Shown: positions 17,967 to 27,464 of the stretch, piece by piece
Numbering within the stretch: position 1 is the first letter of the stretch
How the letters are laid out: each line of letters starts with the position of its first letter
Assembly (NCBI RefSeq): GCF_002310835.1
Contig: NZ_CP011041.1
Span: 3,150,001-3,182,000 of the forward strand
From: Pseudoalteromonas tetraodonis
GTDB taxonomy: Bacteria; Pseudomonadota; Gammaproteobacteria; Enterobacterales; Alteromonadaceae
DNA: 32,000 nucleotides
Direction of reading: 5' to 3'
Notes under the pieces: generated by a model
Told to the model about the DNA's origin: nothing
The model's input: only the letters and a program-made list of their open reading frames with translations
Databases searched by the model: none
Program-made: the position numbers and the translations under genes

Positions 17967-18971
17967 TTAGTATTATTGTTCCTGATTTGTGGTTCTTTAC
18001 GTGCGCAAGCAGCTGTTATTCTACAGTATCATCACGTCAGTGAAACCCTTCCCGCGGTGACCAGTGTAAGCGCCAACACTTTTACTAAACACTTAAATTA
18101 TTTAAAAGAGCATAACTTTAACGTTATTCCACTAAATGAGCTGATTAGCGCATTAAAACAAGGTAAGGCTTTAGACGATAAAACGCTCGCGATTACTTTT
18201 GATGATGGATACAACAATAACTACGAACAAGCTGCGCCTATTCTTGAGAAATTTGGCTATCCGTACACTATTTTTGTAAACCCAAAACTCATTGATGAAC
18301 AAGCGGGTTATGTGATGGGATGGGATAAGCTCAGAGAGCTGGCAAAAAAAGGCGCCCTTATTGCCAACCATAGTGCCGAGCATAACTATCTGCATAAAAA
18401 GCGCGAAAATGAAACACAAAGCCAATGGCGTGAACGCACTAAAAACGACATTCTTAGTTCACAGCAGCGTATTAAAGAAGAAATAGGCCACGATTATAAA
18501 TACCTTGCCTATCCATACGGAGAGTTTAACAATCAGCTACAAGCTCTCGTTACTGAACTAGGCTTTATTGGCATTGGTCAGCACTCTGGTGCAGTTAATC
18601 AACATTCTAATTTTAGCCGTTTACCACGTTTTCCCGCATCTGGTTTTTATAGCAAATTAGATACGTTAATTACCAAGCTCAATTCAACTGCTTTTACTAT
18701 TAATAAATTAACCTATGAAGATAGTGTAACCACACAAAATCCACCGTCGTTAACTATAAATCTAGAGACTGATGATTTTCATAAAAGCCAATTTGCCTGT
18801 TATGTATCAAGCGTTGGGCAAGCTGATTTAAATTGGTTAAACGATAATACGGTTGAGGTGACCTCGCCAAAGCAGCTTAATAAAGGCCGCTCTCGCTTTA
18901 ACTGCACCGCTCCCTCAATAAAAAAAGCAGGCAGTTATTATTGGTTTTCACAGCCTTGGGTGATCAATTAA
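17946..18971 (+). CDS. Secreted polysaccharide deacetylase (NodB/CE4 domain) with an unknown C-terminal domain
   Basis: The ORF opens at 17931. ATG 17946 gives the signal peptide MYKKLFHLVLLFLICGSLRAQA. NodB motifs TFDDGY and ANHSAEH are present. The ~110-aa C-terminal region was not recognised. Confidence 0.75.
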   Translation: MYKKLFHLVLLFLICGSLRAQAAVILQYHHVSETLPAVTSVSANTFTKHLNYLKEHNFNVIPLNELISALKQGKALDDKTLAITFDDGYNNNYEQAAPILEKFGYPYTIFVNPKLIDEQAGYVMGWDKLRELAKKGALIANHSAEHNYLHKKRENETQSQWRERTKNDILSSQQRIKEEIGHDYKYLAYPYGEFNNQLQALVTELGFIGIGQHSGAVNQHSNFSRLPRFPASGFYSKLDTLITKLNSTAFTINKLTYEDSVTTQNPPSLTINLETDDFHKSQFACYVSSVGQADLNWLNDNTVEVTSPKQLNKGRSRFNCTAPSIKKAGSYYWFSQPWVIN

Positions 18972-18974
18972 ATT

Positions 18975-20012
18975 CTATTTTTTAATCACTTGATTTAATA
19001 ACCGCTGGGTCATTTTCTCCAGCGGTGCTACTTCATTTGCAGCCCCCATATCAATAGCGGCCTTGGGCATTCCCCATACCACAGACGAAAACTCATCTTG
19101 CGCCAGCGTATAAGCCCCTTGTTGTTTTAACGCAAGTAAACCTTTCGCGCCATCACTTCCCATACCGGTTAATAGGGTAGCAACAATATGCTTAGCACCA
19201 ATTTCAAGTAATGAGTTAAACAATACGTCTACTGCAGGCTTATGCCTATTTACAGGTTCACCATCATCAAGCTGACAATATAATGCACTGCCTTGTTTGC
19301 TAATGCGTAAATGTAGCCCGCCGGGAGCTATATAAGCGCATCCTGCTACCAGCTTATCGCCTTGTTGTGCCTCTTTTACGTTAATGGTACAGGTGCGCTG
19401 CATTCGCTCTGCAAATGAGGTACTAAATACAGGAGGAATATGCTGCGTTATTACAATGGGTGGGCAGTTTTTTGGCATGCGTATAAGTACTTCTTTTATC
19501 GCCTCCGTGCCTCCGGTTGACGCACCAATCGCAATCACTTTATTTACTAAAAATTCGGCATTAGTGGGGATAGGTTCTGCTACAGCACTATTTTTTTTAT
19601 AGCCTCGAACCCGTGCACTGGCTGCCACTCTGACTTTTTGCTGAACAATATCAGCATATTGACTCATTTGCTCCTTAACATTAACTGTTGGCTTAGCAAT
19701 AAAGTCAACTGCACCAATCTCAAGCGCTTCAAGCGTAATGGGTGAACCTTTTTGTGTGAGTGTAGAAATCATCACAACCGGCATAGGACGTAAGCGCATC
19801 AGGTTTTTTAAAAAACTAATGCCGTCCATTTTTGGCATTTCAACATCCAACGTTAGTACATCCGGATTATATTTTTTGATCATCTCTCGGGCTTCGTATG
19901 GGTCTTGTGCCCCCCCTACTACCACAATATCTTTTGCCTGTTGCAGTATCTCTGTCAGCAATTGTCTGATCAGTGCCGAGTCATCAATTATTAATACTTT
20001 AATCATAGCCAT
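18975..20012 (-). CDS. cheB: Chemotaxis response regulator protein-glutamate methylesterase CheB
   Basis: 345 aa. REC domain (VLIIDDS..LTLDVEMPKMDG) plus methylesterase domain (IGASTGGTEA, ITQHIPP.F, LTGMGSDGA). Confidence 0.9.
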   Translation of the reverse strand: MAMIKVLIIDDSALIRQLLTEILQQAKDIVVVGGAQDPYEAREMIKKYNPDVLTLDVEMPKMDGISFLKNLMRLRPMPVVMISTLTQKGSPITLEALEIGAVDFIAKPTVNVKEQMSQYADIVQQKVRVAASARVRGYKKNSAVAEPIPTNAEFLVNKVIAIGASTGGTEAIKEVLIRMPKNCPPIVITQHIPPVFSTSFAERMQRTCTINVKEAQQGDKLVAGCAYIAPGGLHLRISKQGSALYCQLDDGEPVNRHKPAVDVLFNSLLEIGAKHIVATLLTGMGSDGAKGLLALKQQGAYTLAQDEFSSVVWGMPKAAIDMGAANEVAPLEKMTQRLLNQVIKK

Positions 20013-20014
20013 CC

Positions 20015-20632
20015 TTAAAACAGCTCTATATCAGTGGCTTTTGTTTGTTGTTCAAGATTATGTAAGTAACGCACTTCACGTTTTTCAATCGTATTATTGT
20101 GTAAGTTACGTAGCTTTTTAACTTGTACTTTTCCATTATGAGGATTAAAAAATATTTTTCGTGGCCAAGGCCCGCCCATATCATGCGCCACTAAATTTAG
20201 CGCTTCTTCTGCTATATATGCATTGGCAAAACTGATATTGCCAATACCAATATCTGTCATGGCGCTAATTATTTTGCCTCCCCCAAACAGTTTTACTTTT
20301 AAGTTTGCCCGGGATGCGCCATTTTTAAGCACTTCATTAATTAAATATTCCATAGCCCAATTACCGTAACGACAACTTAAACTATGCGCTTGCTCAATTC
20401 GCTCACCTTTTTGAATTGGTAGCATAAAGTGGTTAATCCCGCCTATGCCTAGCTTATCGTCGTAAATACAGGCAGCAATACACGATCCTAGGACGGTGGT
20501 GATTAGCTCATCATTTTTAGAAACATAAAACTCACCTGGTAATACCTTAGCGACCACACGATCTCGCGAGGCGTCCCAATAGCGTTTAATATGCTCAAAA
20601 CCCGCTAATACTGGCTTAAATTGCGTGTGCAT
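20015..20632 (-). CDS. cheD: Chemoreceptor glutamine deamidase CheD
   Basis: 205 aa with GEFYVS....ITTVLGSCIAACIYD (catalytic Cys context), NHFMLP and VKLFGGG. Overlaps the cheR 3-prime end by 17 nt. Confidence 0.85.
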   Translation of the reverse strand: MHTQFKPVLAGFEHIKRYWDASRDRVVAKVLPGEFYVSKNDELITTVLGSCIAACIYDDKLGIGGINHFMLPIQKGERIEQAHSLSCRYGNWAMEYLINEVLKNGASRANLKVKLFGGGKIISAMTDIGIGNISFANAYIAEEALNLVAHDMGGPWPRKIFFNPHNGKVQVKKLRNLHNNTIEKREVRYLHNLEQQTKATDIELF

Positions 20633-21446
20633 GGGCTACTTTTTGATACATGGTTTTCCCTAAGTTTTTAAATAAAACATGCTCTTTACCCATGGTTTCT
20701 GAGTGCCCTAAAAATAAATAACCTTGGTCATTAAGAATATCGGCATAACGGTTAAAAAGCTGATCCTTTGTCTCTTTATCAAAGTAAATCACTACATTTC
20801 GGCACAAAATCAGGTCAAACGAGCCTTTCATTGGCCAGTCTTGTAATAAGTTTAAACGCTTAAATGAAATACATTGCTGCAGCTTAGGTTTAACCTTATA
20901 ACTTTGCCCATCTTTACTGGTTAAAAACCAGCGTTTTAGTAAAGCATCATCAAGACCATTTACGTTCGCTGCGGTATAAATACCACTTTGCGCCTTCGCC
21001 AGTACATTAGAGTCAAGATCAGTGGCTAATATCTTCACATCCCAATCACTTGGAAAAGCTCCTTGCAGCGTCATTGCTAAACTATAGGGCTCTTCACCGG
21101 TAGAGCAGCCTGCAGACCAAATTCGAATGCGCTTAGTCTGTTTATTTGTCTTTAACAGGGTTGGTATTAACTGATCTTTTATAAACTCAAAGTGATGCAT
21201 TTCACGAAAAAAAGAGGTTAGATTAGTGGTAATGGCATTGATAAATGCATCAAACTCCTGATCTTTATGATTTTTTAAGTAATCGAGGTAGCTTGAAAAG
21301 TTTGTTAATTTTCGCTCACGAATTCGTCTTGCCAAGCGTGAGTAGACCATCTCTCGCTTATGCTCTCCTAGTACAATACCGCAGGCGTTATAAACTAAAT
21401 GAGCCACTTCCTTAAAATCACTATCCGTTAATAAAAACTCTTTCAT
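20616..21446 (-). CDS. cheR: Chemotaxis protein methyltransferase CheR
   Basis: 276 aa with TTNLTSFFRE.HHF, SAM-binding IWSAGCSTGEEPYSLAM and ILCRNVVIYFD. Confidence 0.9.
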   Translation of the reverse strand: MKEFLLTDSDFKEVAHLVYNACGIVLGEHKREMVYSRLARRIRERKLTNFSSYLDYLKNHKDQEFDAFINAITTNLTSFFREMHHFEFIKDQLIPTLLKTNKQTKRIRIWSAGCSTGEEPYSLAMTLQGAFPSDWDVKILATDLDSNVLAKAQSGIYTAANVNGLDDALLKRWFLTSKDGQSYKVKPKLQQCISFKRLNLLQDWPMKGSFDLILCRNVVIYFDKETKDQLFNRYADILNDQGYLFLGHSETMGKEHVLFKNLGKTMYQKVAHAHAI

Positions 21447-21459
21447 TATTTGCTCTCAT

Positions 21460-21502
21460 TTAAAAATAAAGCGAGGTTCACGCATACATTGCAGGTGAAC
21501 CT
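21460..21502 (-). terminator. Terminator-like or attenuator hairpin inside the che operon (between MCP and cheR)
   Basis: 8-bp perfect stem aggttcac (21474-21481) / gtgaacct (21495-21502) with a 13-nt loop. On the minus strand it is followed by cgctttattttt. Sits in the only sizeable gap (69 nt) of the operon. Confidence 0.3.
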
Positions 21503-21515
21503 AACTAAAGTGAGT

Positions 21516-24215
21516 TTAAAACTCCTCCCACTCTTCAGCCGAGTCTACAAAATTTTCACCTTTGCTTTTATTACTAACGAAGCTATTTTGTTGCTGATGA
21601 GATATTTCAGGTGTGCGAATAACAGGCGATACCACTGCCATATCTTGCTGGCCTAATGAGAAAAAGTGCAGTAAACGGCGCATTTCATTGGCTTGTTCCG
21701 CCATTGATTCACCTGCAGCCGATGCTTGTTCAACTAATGCCGCATTTTGCTGGGTCATTTCATCCATTTGCGATACAGCTTTATTTACTTGCTCAATACC
21801 TGCACTTTGCTCTTCAGAGGCTTGGGTAATATCGGCTATCATTTGCGTTACGCGTTTCACCGATACCACAATCTCTTGTAACGTCACACCTGACTCATTC
21901 ACAAGCGCGCTACCGTCAGCAACTTTGCCAACACTGTCTCTAATTAGCTCTTTAATTTCTTTCGCTGCACCTGCCGAGCGCTGCGCTAAGTTACGTACTT
22001 CACCTGCAACAACCGCAAAACCTCGGCCTTGCTCACCGGCTCTAGCAGCCTCTACGGCAGCATTAAGTGCAAGCAAATTGGTTTGGAATGCTATTTCGTC
22101 TATCACTCCAATGATGTCGGCAATTTTCTTACTCGATTCATTAATCGCAGACATGCTGGTTACCGCTTTATTAACCACTTCTCCACCCTGAATCGCCTTA
22201 TCACAGGTTTCTTCAGCTAAGTCATTTGCCACTTTAGCATTATCGGCGTTTTGGCGAACTGTACTGGTCATTTCTTCCATGCTAGAGGCCGTTTCCTCTA
22301 ACGATGACGCTTGCTCTTCTGTGCGCTGGCTTAAATCAGCATTGCCTTGTGAAATTTCTTCAGCTCCACTGGCCACCAAAGTGGCTGATGTATTAATTCG
22401 GTTAATAACCTCAGTTAGTTTATCTGCTGTCGCATTTGCATCTGTTTTAAGTTTTTCAAACGAGCCTTGGTATTCTTTTTCAATCCGTTTAGATAAATCA
22501 CCAGTGGCCATGGCATCGAGCATATTGCCAGTATCAGTTACCGCATCGTCAACCACTTTAACTAAACTATTAAGACCCTGAGCTAAACGTAAGAAAAAGC
22601 CATCTTTACCTTGCTCAGCTACTCGTGCATTTAAATCACCTTTGCTTGCTGCGCCGACTAATTGAGCAATTTCTTTTTCAATAGCAACTTCTGCGGTTCT
22701 GTCTTCCCACTCAACTACCGTCCCAATACGCTCATTGTCTGTGGTGATTATAGGGTTTGCCACTAAACCAAAGGTTCTGCCGCCCACTTTAATTTCTGTA
22801 CTGTAAGTATCCGTTAACTTAGCCAACATATTTTGCTGATGGGCTGGATTTTTATGAAATATATCAATACTTTGATTAAGTAAGTTCTTGCTATCAAAGT
22901 TAGGTAAGTCAGTGCGTATATCATTTTGCGCAACACTCATCATATTTCTCACTGCGCTATTCATATACACAATGACATTCGAGGCATCAGCAATCATGGT
23001 ATTGGTTGCCACGGTATCTAATGCTTGGCGAACACGTAAGTTTTCTTGCGCTCTAGCACGTTCAGCATCCGCTTTAGACACCTCATCAGTAATATCTTGC
23101 CATTCAACAATAGTACCTAAGCACTTGCCATCTTGATTAGTCCAAGGAGAAGCAATGATGTCAAAAATAAGACCAGCTAAATTCAACGTAGTTTTATAAG
23201 GAGCATCTAAGTTTTTTAGTCGCTCTTGCTGATTAGCTAGTTCCTGATGAAACTCATCAACACGGATATCCATTAACCCAGCGACTGAAAAACTAGGTAA
23301 AACAGTTTGCAACTCTTTTTCACGTGCTTTAAACATTTGCTTGATGCAGTCATTCACAAAAATAATGTTTAAATTTTTATCAGCAATCATCACACTTGCT
23401 TGGCATACTTTTAATGCGTTAGCCAAGTCGGCCGCTTTTTTAGAGGTTTTTTCTAGCTCTTTTTGCGCTGTGATATCGGTGGCGTACTTAATCACTTTAA
23501 ATGGCTTACCATTCATATCGTAAATAGGATTATAAGAGGCATATATCCAAATTTCCTCGCCTTGTTTACCTATTCTTAAATACTCACCACTGTCATACTC
23601 GCCACGCCCAAGTTTATCCCAAAACGCTTGATATTCTTGGCTATTTGCATATTCAGAAGTAACAAACAATCTATGATGCTGCCCTTGTATTTCATTTGCC
23701 TGATAACCAAATGTTTTTAAAAAATTATCATTAGCGCCAATAATGGTTCCATCTAAATTAAACTCAATAACCGCTTGTGACTTACTGATTGCGGTAATTT
23801 GGCCTGCAGCTTCAACCGCTTTTAACTTTTGCTCAGTAATGTCTGTTGCAAATTTAACGACTTTAAGTACTTGCCCTTGCGAGTCTATAACAGGATTGTA
23901 TGTTGCTTGGATCCAGACTTCTTTGCCATTTTTTCCAATACGCTTAAATTCATCTGAAATAAATTCACCCGCGTTCAAACGCTGCCAAAATTGACGATAT
24001 TCATCACTTTGCGTTTCGCTAGGGCTTACAAATAAAGAATGGTGCTGGCCTTGAATCTCAGCGAGTGAGTAGCCCATTACACGAAGAAAATTAACATTGG
24101 CAGTAATGATTCTTCCATTAGGCTCAAATTCAATTATTGCTAATGATTTATGCAATGCATTTATAATCAAATCATTGCTTGATTTAGACTGTTTTGAATT
24201 ACTAAACCATCCCAT
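21516..24215 (-). CDS. Soluble methyl-accepting chemotaxis protein: four PAS domains, HAMP-like linkers, MA signalling domain, C-terminal EWEEF pentapeptide
   Basis: The ORF opens at GTG 24227. ATG 24215 has aaggtgg 8 nt upstream. I see no hydrophobic stretch long enough for a TM helix. The hairpin-tip motif [38 protein letters not shown] is present. Methylation-type heptads include [19 protein letters not shown]. The last 5 codons, EWEEF, lie at 21519..21533. Confidence 0.9.
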   Translation of the reverse strand: MGWFSNSKQSKSSNDLIINALHKSLAIIEFEPNGRIITANVNFLRVMGYSLAEIQGQHHSLFVSPSETQSDEYRQFWQRLNAGEFISDEFKRIGKNGKEVWIQATYNPVIDSQGQVLKVVKFATDITEQKLKAVEAAGQITAISKSQAVIEFNLDGTIIGANDNFLKTFGYQANEIQGQHHRLFVTSEYANSQEYQAFWDKLGRGEYDSGEYLRIGKQGEEIWIYASYNPIYDMNGKPFKVIKYATDITAQKELEKTSKKAADLANALKVCQASVMIADKNLNIIFVNDCIKQMFKAREKELQTVLPSFSVAGLMDIRVDEFHQELANQQERLKNLDAPYKTTLNLAGLIFDIIASPWTNQDGKCLGTIVEWQDITDEVSKADAERARAQENLRVRQALDTVATNTMIADASNVIVYMNSAVRNMMSVAQNDIRTDLPNFDSKNLLNQSIDIFHKNPAHQQNMLAKLTDTYSTEIKVGGRTFGLVANPIITTDNERIGTVVEWEDRTAEVAIEKEIAQLVGAASKGDLNARVAEQGKDGFFLRLAQGLNSLVKVVDDAVTDTGNMLDAMATGDLSKRIEKEYQGSFEKLKTDANATADKLTEVINRINTSATLVASGAEEISQGNADLSQRTEEQASSLEETASSMEEMTSTVRQNADNAKVANDLAEETCDKAIQGGEVVNKAVTSMSAINESSKKIADIIGVIDEIAFQTNLLALNAAVEAARAGEQGRGFAVVAGEVRNLAQRSAGAAKEIKELIRDSVGKVADGSALVNESGVTLQEIVVSVKRVTQMIADITQASEEQSAGIEQVNKAVSQMDEMTQQNAALVEQASAAGESMAEQANEMRRLLHFFSLGQQDMAVVSPVIRTPEISHQQQNSFVSNKSKGENFVDSAEEWEEF

Positions 24216-24263
24216 GCTTATCACCACCTTTAAGTTATTTGCTTTATTTAGTTACTATTACCG

Positions 24264-24749
24264 CTAAATATTCATGGTTGCCTGCAGGTTAATTAGCGCG
24301 ACCATTTTATCACCCACATTCACTAGCCCTGCGACATATTCACTTTCATTTGTTTGGGTTAAACTTGGCACTGCTTTAGCGTCTTGCTCAGCAATACTGT
24401 AAACATCCGCTACGGCGTCTACCGTGATCCCCATCACTTTACTTTCTTGCTCAAACTCAACTTTTACAATAATGACTACCGTTAACGGTCCATACTCAAT
24501 GGTGGGTAAACCAAAGCGCAATCGTAAATCAATAATTGGCACAATGGTGCCGCGTAAATTAATCACGCCTTTTACGTACTCAGGGGCATTTGGCAGTGCG
24601 GTTATATCTTCCCAGCTACGAATTTCTTGCACCGTTAATATATCTACTCCGTACTCTTCTTCAGCCATAATAAAGGTGAGAAACTGCTTAATGCCCTCTT
24701 TGCGCTGTAGTTCAATATTGCTATTTAATGCTATTGATTCAGAGAACAT
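24264..24749 (-). CDS. cheW: Coupling protein CheW
   Basis: 161 aa with QFLTFIMAEEEYGVDILTVQEIR and VINLRGTIVPIIDLR. GGAGG lies 4 nt upstream of the ATG. Overlaps the cheA 3-prime end by 19 nt. Confidence 0.9.
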   Translation of the reverse strand: MFSESIALNSNIELQRKEGIKQFLTFIMAEEEYGVDILTVQEIRSWEDITALPNAPEYVKGVINLRGTIVPIIDLRLRFGLPTIEYGPLTVVIIVKVEFEQESKVMGITVDAVADVYSIAEQDAKAVPSLTQTNESEYVAGLVNVGDKMVALINLQATMNI

Positions 24750-26806
24750 GAATCCTCCAAGATGGTCGATGGCTCAATACTCAATGCTTGGCTACCTGGC
24801 TTTTTTAACCCTGAAAGCTTTATCAAGCCGCTAATATCTAAAATTAACGAAACACGCCCATCACCTAAAATCGTTGCCCCCGACACACCATCCACTTTGT
24901 GGTAATTAGCCTCTAAGCTTTTTATAACCACCTGCTGTTGTGAAAGTAAATCGTCGACAAGTAACCCTACTTTTTGATTATCGTTTTCCACGACAACTAG
25001 TAAGGTTTTATCTAACGATTCAATGGCATTTTGGTGATTAAAAATGTCGTATAAACGTAAAATAGGAATGTATTCATCACGTAATCTGAGTACATCTAGG
25101 TCTTTACCAACACGGCTTACTTTTGCAATATCAATTTGCAACGATTCTACAATCGAGATCAGTGGAATAATGTAAGTATGCTTGGCTACTTTGACTAATT
25201 GCCCATCTAAAATAGCTAAAGTGAGCGGTAGCCGAATAGTAAAAGTAGAACCAATTCCAGCAGCAGATGTCACTTCTACCGAGCCATTTAATGATTGAAT
25301 ATTACGCTTAACCACATCCATACCCACACCACGGCCAGATAAGTCACTGACCTCATCAGCGGTAGAAAATCCTGGCATAAAAATGAGTTCGTTAATTTCA
25401 TCATCTGTTAGCTCACTGTCAGCGGCGATCACTTCATTGGTAATCGCTTTTTCTTTGATCTTTTGAGTGTTAAGACCTTGGCCATCATCCATAATTTCAA
25501 TGACGATATTGCCGCCCTGATGAAAGGCATTTAATGTAACCTTACCCACAGGATCTTTTCCTGCTGCAATACGTTTTTCTACCGTTTCAATACCATGATC
25601 CAATGAGTTTCTTACTAAATGCACCATAGGATCGGATATTTTTTCCATAACGGTTTTATCTAATTCTGTTTGTTCTCCTATCAGCTTTAACTCCACCTCT
25701 TTATTAAGCTTTTGGGCAATATCACGTACTAAACGTGGAAAACGACTGAACACAAAGTTAATTGGCAGCATGCGAATACGCATCACGTTTTCTTGTAAGT
25801 CGCGGGTGTTATGCGCTAATTGCGCAAGCCCCTCTTGAAGCGAGGTCACCGTGGTAGGCGTCATTTCTTGTTCGCTAAGCTGATTTAGCATCGCTTGGGT
25901 AATGACCAACTCTCCAACCATATTAATCAGTGAGTCGACCTTATCAATGCCAACACGAATGGAAGTTGACTCAGGCGCTGCTTTTGCACTGGTTGGTGCT
26001 TTTGGTTTATTGGTTTTGGGTTCAACAACCGTTTTTGGTGTTTCAATAACAGGTTCGTTGACCACTGCAGCTTCTGCTGCTTTACCATCATTAAATAAGC
26101 CACCGCAAAGCTCAATTTTAATATCGGCATCGTCCTCAACCCACTCAAAAATTTCTCTAATTGCTTGATCGTCACGGTCAGTGTTTAAGAAAAATCGCCA
26201 ATATAAAAAGCATTCATCGGTCGTTAAATCTTTAATATCAGGTATGACATCTGTAAACGCTTGTACTTCCAATTCACCAAGTTCAGCTAATTCACTGATC
26301 ATAAACAGCGGTTCGTTACCCGTTTTAAACAAATGAAAATGCGGTTTAAAATCAATTTGATAAGTATTAATAATGACCTGTTCAACACTGGCTTCTGCCA
26401 CTACGGCTTCACTTTCAGGCATGCCAAGTAATCTTTCAAACTGCTCTCGTAATGAGTCAGCTTGGCTTAAATCAGGCTCTTCCTGTACTTTAAGCGAATG
26501 CAACAAGGCTCTTAAACAATCTACTGATTTAAGTAATAAGTTAATATGTTCACTGCTTATATTTCGCTGACCTTCACGTATTTGATCCAGTAATGTTTCT
26601 AGAACATGAGTGAAGTTTGCGATTGAATTAAACCCAAAGGTAGCACTGCCTCCTTTAATAGAATGGGCAGCCCTAAAAATAGTATTAATGGTTTCTAAGT
26701 CTTCTTCGCCCGGCACTAAGTTGAGTAATTCAGTCTCCATAACATCGAGGCCTTCAAAACTCTCTTCAAAGAACACTTCAAAAAACTGGCTTAAATCAAT
26801 ACTCAC
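24731..26806 (-). CDS. cheA: Chemotaxis histidine kinase CheA
   Basis: GTG start at 26806 with AGGAG 6 nt upstream. HPt domain (FRAAHSIKGGSATFG), dimerisation domain (IRVGIDKVDSLINMVGELVI), N box HLVRNSLDHGIE, G1 DDGQGL, G2 GRGVGMDVV and a C-terminal CheW-like domain. Confidence 0.95.
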   Translation of the reverse strand: MSIDLSQFFEVFFEESFEGLDVMETELLNLVPGEEDLETINTIFRAAHSIKGGSATFGFNSIANFTHVLETLLDQIREGQRNISSEHINLLLKSVDCLRALLHSLKVQEEPDLSQADSLREQFERLLGMPESEAVVAEASVEQVIINTYQIDFKPHFHLFKTGNEPLFMISELAELGELEVQAFTDVIPDIKDLTTDECFLYWRFFLNTDRDDQAIREIFEWVEDDADIKIELCGGLFNDGKAAEAAVVNEPVIETPKTVVEPKTNKPKAPTSAKAAPESTSIRVGIDKVDSLINMVGELVITQAMLNQLSEQEMTPTTVTSLQEGLAQLAHNTRDLQENVMRIRMLPINFVFSRFPRLVRDIAQKLNKEVELKLIGEQTELDKTVMEKISDPMVHLVRNSLDHGIETVEKRIAAGKDPVGKVTLNAFHQGGNIVIEIMDDGQGLNTQKIKEKAITNEVIAADSELTDDEINELIFMPGFSTADEVSDLSGRGVGMDVVKRNIQSLNGSVEVTSAAGIGSTFTIRLPLTLAILDGQLVKVAKHTYIIPLISIVESLQIDIAKVSRVGKDLDVLRLRDEYIPILRLYDIFNHQNAIESLDKTLLVVVENDNQKVGLLVDDLLSQQQVVIKSLEANYHKVDGVSGATILGDGRVSLILDISGLIKLSGLKKPGSQALSIEPSTILEDSCSLNQ

Positions 26807-26820
26807 AGTGCACTCCTAGG

Positions 26821-27183
26821 TTAGCGGATTACTTTTTTTAGCACGGCTAATAGTTGATCTGGATTGAAGGGCTTTACAATCCACCCTGTTGCCCCAGCAG
26901 CTTTCCCTTCTACCTTTTTATCCATACCCGATTCTGTGGTTAACATAAGTAGCGGTGTAAACTTGTAATTCGGAAGCCCTCTTAACTCTCTAATAAGCGT
27001 GATCCCATCCATAACAGGCATATTTACATCAGAAATAACTGCATCAAAACCTTGCTGCTTGGCAATCGCTAATGCCTCACTACCGTCTTTGGCTTCGGTA
27101 ACATCAAACCCTGCTGTTTTTAACGTAAAACTCACCATTTGACGCATTGATGCAGAATCATCTACAGCTAATATTCTTTTCAT
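26821..27183 (-). CDS. cheY: Single-domain response regulator CheY
   Basis: 120 aa. ILAVDDS, phospho-acceptor context VISDVNMP, LMLTTE and conserved Lys in VKPF. Confidence 0.9.
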   Translation of the reverse strand: MKRILAVDDSASMRQMVSFTLKTAGFDVTEAKDGSEALAIAKQQGFDAVISDVNMPVMDGITLIRELRGLPNYKFTPLLMLTTESGMDKKVEGKAAGATGWIVKPFNPDQLLAVLKKVIR

Positions 27184-27191
27184 ATAGACCT

Positions 27192-27464
27192 CTAAATAGT
27201 ACTTTCTGGTGCTAGGTATTCACTTAAACCGAGTTGATCAATGGCATTGGTTAATGCATCACTACTGCCAACCCAGGCAATTTTTTGATTAATAGTAAGG
27301 AGATGTTTTTGTAGGGCACATAAAAGTTGAACCGAGGCCGTATCAGCAGACATTACATCGCTAATATCTAAGCAAATATCTCGGCTATTATTAAGTTCGC
27401 TTAATAAATCTTGATGTAAAACTTCAACATGAACAATTGAAAGTTCGTTTGGTAGTTTAAGCAT
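27192..27464 (-). CDS. STAS domain protein (anti-sigma-factor-antagonist fold), first gene of the che operon
   Basis: 90 aa. The pattern LDISDVMSADTASVQLLCAL ... AWVGSSDALTNAIDQLGL matches the SpoIIAA/RsbV-type STAS layout. Stop lies 8 nt from the cheY start. Confidence 0.65.
   Translation of the reverse strand: MLKLPNELSIVHVEVLHQDLLSELNNSRDICLDISDVMSADTASVQLLCALQKHLLTINQKIAWVGSSDALTNAIDQLGLSEYLAPESTI

Noticed and set aside
18013-18026. CTGT-N6-ACAG palindrome near the dinF upstream region, considered as a LexA box
   Set aside because: The gammaproteobacterial LexA box is CTGT-N8-ACAG. The spacer here is 6 nt and the site lies ~50 nt inside the deacetylase coding sequence.
21450-21656. 68-aa plus-strand ORF spanning the cheR-MCP junction
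   Set aside because: It overlaps the MCP 3-prime end antisense and the hairpin region. It has no ribosome binding site and an unremarkable translation.
21613-24000. Several plus-strand ORFs of 60-192 aa (21613..22191, 22279..22581, 22888..23136, 23743..23994 and others) antisense to the MCP gene
   Set aside because: Their translations are Ser/Ala/Thr-rich low complexity, as expected when the Ala/Glu/Gln-rich coiled-coil coding sequence of an MCP is read backwards. The minus-strand frame has unmistakable MCP motifs and there are no start-site signals.
25902-26175. ORFs of 82-88 aa on both strands inside the cheA P1-P3 linker
   Set aside because: They lie in the Pro/Lys/Ala-rich linker coding region of cheA, have low-complexity translations, and the cheA frame is continuous through the region.
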